This document shows positions 27,994 through 32,000 of a stretch of 32,000 nucleotides of DNA, one piece after another; position 1 is the first letter of the stretch; every line of letters begins with the position of its first letter. Under the pieces are notes generated by a model that worked only from the letters and a program-made list of their open reading frames with translations, was not told where the DNA came from and did not search any database. The position numbers and the translations under genes were made by a program. This DNA is from Methanocaldococcus jannaschii DSM 2661. GTDB taxonomy: Archaea > AGJL01 > Methanococci > Methanococcales > Methanocaldococcaceae. The stretch is taken from positions 242,871 to 274,870 of the forward strand of contig NC_000909.1 in the NCBI RefSeq assembly GCF_000091665.1. Direction: 5' to 3'.

Positions 27994-28287
27994 TTAAGGC
28001 TTGGAGTTCATAATCTCAAATAGTTCATACAGCGAGGAATACAACTTTTTCCCTAACTCTGTGAGTTCAAATTTCTCTTTATTTTTCTTAATAAATCCAT
28101 TACTAATCAAAAAATCGATGTATTTGGAAAAATTTCTCCAATCTAAGTTTGCAGCATACATAATTCTTGTTTTTATTTGTTCTCCTTCCTTGATAATATG
28201 CAAAATTTCAAAAATCACTTCAAATTGAGACCTTTTATACCTTCTATTCCTATTTTTATTATTTGAGAGTGGAGGGGGAATCCTCAT
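27994..28287 (-). CDS. Archaeal winged-helix DNA-binding protein
   Basis: VIFEILHIIKEGEQIKTRIMYAANLDWRNFSKYIDFLISNGFIKKNKEKFELTELGKKLYSSL, typical archaeal wHTH. Confidence 0.85.
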   Translation of the reverse strand: MRIPPPLSNNKNRNRRYKRSQFEVIFEILHIIKEGEQIKTRIMYAANLDWRNFSKYIDFLISNGFIKKNKEKFELTELGKKLYSSLYELFEIMNSKP

Positions 28288-28345
28288 ACTACCACTTTAA
28301 AACATTTTTATTTTATTTTTATTTAAATGTTTAAATGAAGTTTAA

Positions 28346-28882
28346 TTAGAGATGTCTCCTAATCAACATAGCACCTAATCCCAAGATGCTGATGATTAAA
28401 ACTGCAGTAATTACCAATTCTTTTGTATGAATCTCATTACCAACTACCATTATCGCAACTTTTGTAGGCAAAACTACACTCGCTTTTAGATTCACGCCTT
28501 TTTTATCATCTCCATAATCTACTGGACTAATTTTCGTTAAAATATCTCCTTCATAGTTGTCCTTTTCCTTTACAGTAAATGTGATATTAACCCCAACAGT
28601 TTCTCCTGGTTTTAATGTAAAGTTATTCTTCATAATTTTGACTTCTACTTTTTTAGAATTATTTAAATCTCCAGTTGTAACCATTTCCACTTTAACTGGG
28701 AAACTATTGGGATTTTTTACATAAATAATGCTATTTATATCTTGAGGAAGCCCATTGCTTGCATTCACCATGATATCAATTTTTGGTGGAGTTATTGCCC
28801 CACTTAAACCACTAACCTGTGAAATGGCCATAATGACAAATATGACAGATAATAAACCAAAAATTGCAGAGAATTTTTTCAT
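28346..28882 (-). CDS. Exported, C-terminally TM-anchored beta-sandwich-like protein
   Basis: Signal MKKFSAIFGLLSVIFVIMAISQVSG. NPNSFPVKVEMVTTG...FTLKPGETVGVNITFTV pattern. C-terminal TM ELVITAVLIISILGLGAMLIRRHL. Confidence 0.7.
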   Translation of the reverse strand: MKKFSAIFGLLSVIFVIMAISQVSGLSGAITPPKIDIMVNASNGLPQDINSIIYVKNPNSFPVKVEMVTTGDLNNSKKVEVKIMKNNFTLKPGETVGVNITFTVKEKDNYEGDILTKISPVDYGDDKKGVNLKASVVLPTKVAIMVVGNEIHTKELVITAVLIISILGLGAMLIRRHL

Positions 28883-28924
28883 AAGTAATCACCTTACTAT
28901 CAAAAAATTAAAAAGTTGGGGGAT

Positions 28925-29932
28925 TTATAATCCAAGTCCATAGAATGTAATTGAACCTCCATAGCAACCGCTTGGTAATGGTGTTGGAACATCGAGTGTG
29001 AAATTAACTTCTAAAGCATTTGTATGGCATGGTTTGAGTGGTTGCCATAATAGAACTTTGACATTGTTTTGGAGGTGAGTATTGTAGCTCTGTGTCATAT
29101 TGTTTGCTTTTATAACATGTGCTTTGATATTCTCTGCTGGAATTATTCCAGTTCCTCCTGCCTGTGTCATTGAGGTTGCTGAAACGAATACTGCTATCTT
29201 AGTTCCTACTCCATCTGGGTCAATATTGTGGATTGTTACAACATTCTCAGTTGCTGGGACATTAGTATCTCCTGGATTTACATTACCGAAGCTTAATCCT
29301 GTGAATGGAGCAGGATATGCATCGTTATCTTTTGTAACGTTTATTCCAATCATTGGGTTCAAGAATATCTTACCTTTCTTGATGTATCCTGTGCATGCAC
29401 CATGTTTGTCTGTTGCTTTAACATAGACATCGAAGCATCCGTATGCGCCTGCAGGGACTGTCCATTGTGCGTAGAATGTTAAGGTTGTTAAATCAGCATC
29501 TCCACTTGTTGATGTGTCAAATCCTGCATGGATTACATATGTTGGATTTGAAGGAGATTGTCCTTGTGGAACTAATAAGAAATCTACTCCAGCTCCATTT
29601 GTTTGTAAATCTTGCTCCCCGTTAGGGTCGCTAACATTTACATAGAAGGTTACTCCTTCTCCAGTATAGGCATAAGCCTCTAAAGCGTCACTTCTTAAAA
29701 GACCAGGAGTTACTCCAGTTGTATTCTTATATTCATATACTTTTATTCCTTGAACTGTTCTTATTACCATTTCGTAACTGCTACAATTAACTACAGGCTT
29801 AAGGTTGTCTACAGTTGCAGTTGTGTGTCCTGTTCCATAAGTTGTTGAAATAGCAAATGTGGAACCCATTACTGCAACTCCCATGATTATTGAGAGTAGC
29901 AGCGATAATATATACCTCGTAGAATTTTTCAT
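28925..29932 (-). CDS. Secreted surface/filament-like protein, Cys-containing, unknown function
   Basis: MKNSTRYILSLLLSIIMGVAVMGSTFAISTTYGTGHTTATVDNLKPVVNCSSYEM. SFGNVNPGDTNVPATENVVTIHNIDPDGV repeat-like beta domain. Start possibly MKNST (29932) rather than MFEMKNST. Confidence 0.7.
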   Translation of the reverse strand: MKNSTRYILSLLLSIIMGVAVMGSTFAISTTYGTGHTTATVDNLKPVVNCSSYEMVIRTVQGIKVYEYKNTTGVTPGLLRSDALEAYAYTGEGVTFYVNVSDPNGEQDLQTNGAGVDFLLVPQGQSPSNPTYVIHAGFDTSTSGDADLTTLTFYAQWTVPAGAYGCFDVYVKATDKHGACTGYIKKGKIFLNPMIGINVTKDNDAYPAPFTGLSFGNVNPGDTNVPATENVVTIHNIDPDGVGTKIAVFVSATSMTQAGGTGIIPAENIKAHVIKANNMTQSYNTHLQNNVKVLLWQPLKPCHTNALEVNFTLDVPTPLPSGCYGGSITFYGLGL

Positions 29933-30149
29933 TTCAAACACCTCATAAATTTCTTAAATTTTATTAGCAAGGAAAACCTCCCCCAATTATTGAGAGTATT
30001 AAATAAATCAACCAATGTATAATGCTACCATCTACTACCATTTGACATCACCCAGCAGTTTTAGACTTCAATTTTTGTAATACTTGACTTACCCTCATTA
30101 TCACCTCCCCCACATCTTCTGATTATACTATATTGTGTATTTTGTTAAT

Positions 30150-30209
30150 ATGATTTATGAATGTAAAGCATGTGGAAAAAACAGATGTGTTAATCCATTT
30201 AGTTTTTAA
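30150..30209 (+). other. Cysteine-rich micro-ORF (19 aa), candidate only
   Basis: ATG-initiated MIYECKACGKNRCVNPFSF* (CxxCxxxxC) in the gap between divergent-looking blocks. Confidence 0.2.
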
Positions 30210-30244
30210 ATTTTTTATGAAAAGTAAAAAAGAAAATAAGGCAA

Positions 30245-30880
30245 TTATTTATCTGGATAAATTAATCTAAAAACTTCTTCAATTTTCTCCAATAATAACT
30301 CACCCTTAGGTGTTAATGTATAAACCCCATCTGTTTTTCTGATAAATTCATTATCTAACAAGTATCCTATATAATTACGAAATGTTTTCCAATCTAAATT
30401 TGCAGCATACATTATTTTTGTCTTTTTTAATTCCTTGTTCTTTACAGCCTTTAAGATTTCAAATATTATCATTATTTTGTCTCGCTTTACACTTGGTAAA
30501 GTACTTTTATCTTTATCATCCTCACAATCTTTTATATCTTTTCCAATATATTTTAATATTATCCTTTTCAATAAGTCCTCCTGATACACTTCAGGAATTT
30601 CTTTTAGAATTAAAAGGGCATTTAAAATAGCATCTTTGTCATTTTCTAAAAGTACCTCTTCTAAATGTTTAATTAGTTGAGTAATTTGGACTTTTCCTTT
30701 TAGATATAAATTTCCTAAAATAGCTAAACAAGTTATTTTTAATTGAATATCATCAGATTTTAAAAAACCATAAATTTCCTCTAACAATAATGTATCTTCT
30801 TCAATCAGTTGTAAAACATCATTTATTTTACCATTTTTAATTAACTCTTTAATTTCTCCTTGTTTTGAAATACATTTCAT
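30245..30880 (-). CDS. Two-domain regulator: N-terminal helical/HEAT-like region plus C-terminal wHTH paralogous to 27994-28287
   Basis: C-terminal IFEILKAVKNKELKKTKIMYAANLDWKTFRNYIGYLLDNEFIRKTDGVYTLTPKGELLLEKIEEVF aligns with the other wHTH. N-terminal LKITCLAILGNLYLKGKVQITQLIKHLEEVLLENDKDAILNALLIL is HEAT-like. Confidence 0.8.
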   Translation of the reverse strand: MKCISKQGEIKELIKNGKINDVLQLIEEDTLLLEEIYGFLKSDDIQLKITCLAILGNLYLKGKVQITQLIKHLEEVLLENDKDAILNALLILKEIPEVYQEDLLKRIILKYIGKDIKDCEDDKDKSTLPSVKRDKIMIIFEILKAVKNKELKKTKIMYAANLDWKTFRNYIGYLLDNEFIRKTDGVYTLTPKGELLLEKIEEVFRLIYPDK

Positions 30881-31017
30881 AGTTTCACCCCAAAACGACC
30901 CGCAAACAGAACAGAGATTACATATAAATATTGTTCGTAATTTTATTATATTAAAATTACTTTAACAATGCTTTATTCAAATTTAATATTTATATATCGG
31001 CATAGGAGGGATTACAA

Positions 31018-32000
31018 ATGTTTGGAAAATTAAAAGAAAAACTCTTAGAAACTGCATCAAAGATTACTGAAAAAATATACAGCAAAGGAGAAGCTGAAGA
31101 AGTTAAAGAAGAAAAAGAGGAAAAATCAAAAATATCCTTCACAAGTTTATTTAAAAAAGAACCTAAAAAAGAAGAAGTAAAAAAAGAAAAAGCAGAAGAA
31201 GAAATTAAAAAATCTGAAATTGTAAAAACAGAACCTTCTGAAAAAGTAGAAGAAGCTAAAGAGGAAATTAAAGAAATTAAAGAAGAAAAAGAGGAGAAAA
31301 AAATAACGTTCTTTGATAGATTTGGCTTAACAAGAGCTATTAAGAAAGTTCTTAAAAAAGAAGTTGTTATCTTAGAGGAAGATATAGAAGATGTCTTAGA
31401 AGAGTTAGAAATAGCACTCTTAGAGGCAGATGTTGCATTAGAAGTTGTTGAAAAGCTAATTGAAAATATTAAAAATGAATTAGTTGGAAGAAAAATCTCT
31501 CCAGATGATAACGTAGAAGAGATTACAATAAACGCAGTAAAAAATGCTATAAAAAATATATTATCCCAAGAAAAAATTGATATTGAAGAAATAATCAAAA
31601 AGAATAAAGCAGAAGGAAAACCAACAGTCATCGTATTTGTTGGAATCAATGGAACTGGAAAAACTACAACTATAGCTAAATTAGCATATAAATTAAAGCA
31701 GAAAGGTTATAGCGTAGTTTTAGCCGCTGGAGACACTTTCAGAGCTGGAGCTATTGAGCAATTAGAACAGCATGCTAAAAACGTTGGAGTTAAGGTTATT
31801 AAGCATAAGCCGGGAGCTGATTCTGCGGCAGTTATCTATGATGCTATACAACATGCAAAAGCAAGAGGAATTGATGTTGTTTTGGCTGATACAGCAGGAA
31901 GACAGGCAACAAATGTTAATTTAATGGAAGAGATTAAAAAAGTGGTTAGAGTCACAAAACCAGATTTGGTTATATTCGTTGGAGATGCTTTAACTGGAAA
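31018..32000 (+). CDS. ftsY: Signal recognition particle receptor FtsY (3'-truncated by window)
   Basis: [19 protein letters not shown] acidic/basic A domain, then [52 protein letters not shown]. Confidence 0.96.

Noticed and set aside
29950-30060. 25-aa hydrophobic minus-strand ORF MVVDGSIIHWLIYLILSIIGGGFPC
   Set aside because: No RBS or homologous context recognised, and short hydrophobic ORFs arise easily in AT-rich DNA. Could be a vestigial signal peptide but there is insufficient support.
5000-31649. Many track ORFs antisense to strong genes (e.g. 6092..6493-, 6836..7246-, 8057..8284+, 9299..9523+, 9791..9997+, 10861..11136+, 11137..11409+, 16409..16936+, 17057..17290+, 20302..20499+, 25505..25942-, 30990..31649-)
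   Set aside because: They lie opposite well-supported conserved proteins (infB, TPR gene, por genes, radical SAM, ilvB, Nbp35, ftsY) and have low-complexity or compositionally mirrored translations with no recognisable motifs.
1-32000. CRISPR arrays, tRNA or rRNA genes
   Set aside because: No regularly spaced repeats of 25-40 bp and no tRNA T-loop/acceptor (GTTCRA...CCA-type) or rRNA signatures were seen on reading both strands. A tRNAscan/CRISPR-finder run would be decisive.

Overview
This is a compact, AT-rich archaeal chromosome window. Gene content and order match a hyperthermophilic methanogen of the Methanocaldococcus jannaschii type (inferred from recalled family knowledge, no database search). 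Recognisable genes: TYW1-like radical SAM; a CfbE-like Mur ligase; archaeal signal peptidase I; a YjjX-type NTPase with an N-terminal Zn-finger extension; infB (aIF5B/IF2) with a 546-aa LAGLIDADG intein in its P-loop; the pyruvate ferredoxin oxidoreductase cluster porCDABEF; a radical SAM/B12-type protein with a widened cysteine motif; korA; ilvB; an FKBP PPIase; DGGGP synthase (UbiA family); NAC; archaemetzincin; an Nbp35/ApbC ATPase; a METTL5-like methyltransferase; Hsp16.5; and the start of ftsY. Less ordinary content: (1) a near-ideal C/D box sRNA at 17519-17585 that overlaps an overcalled ORF start; (2) an operon-like cluster at 27.6-30.9 kb encoding two secreted/surface proteins bracketed by paralogous winged-helix regulators plus helical partner domains, the best candidate for an undescribed system; (3) a cluster of frameshifted genes at 13.1-15.9 kb; (4) compact inverted-repeat/hairpin elements at 846-904, 23341-23446 and 25994-26204 that look like MITEs, structured RNAs or insertion-element remnants; (5) a putative palindromic operator in front of a membrane-protein/XRE regulator cassette; (6) a 19-aa cysteine-rich micro-ORF. 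No CRISPR array, rRNA or tRNA was recognised.
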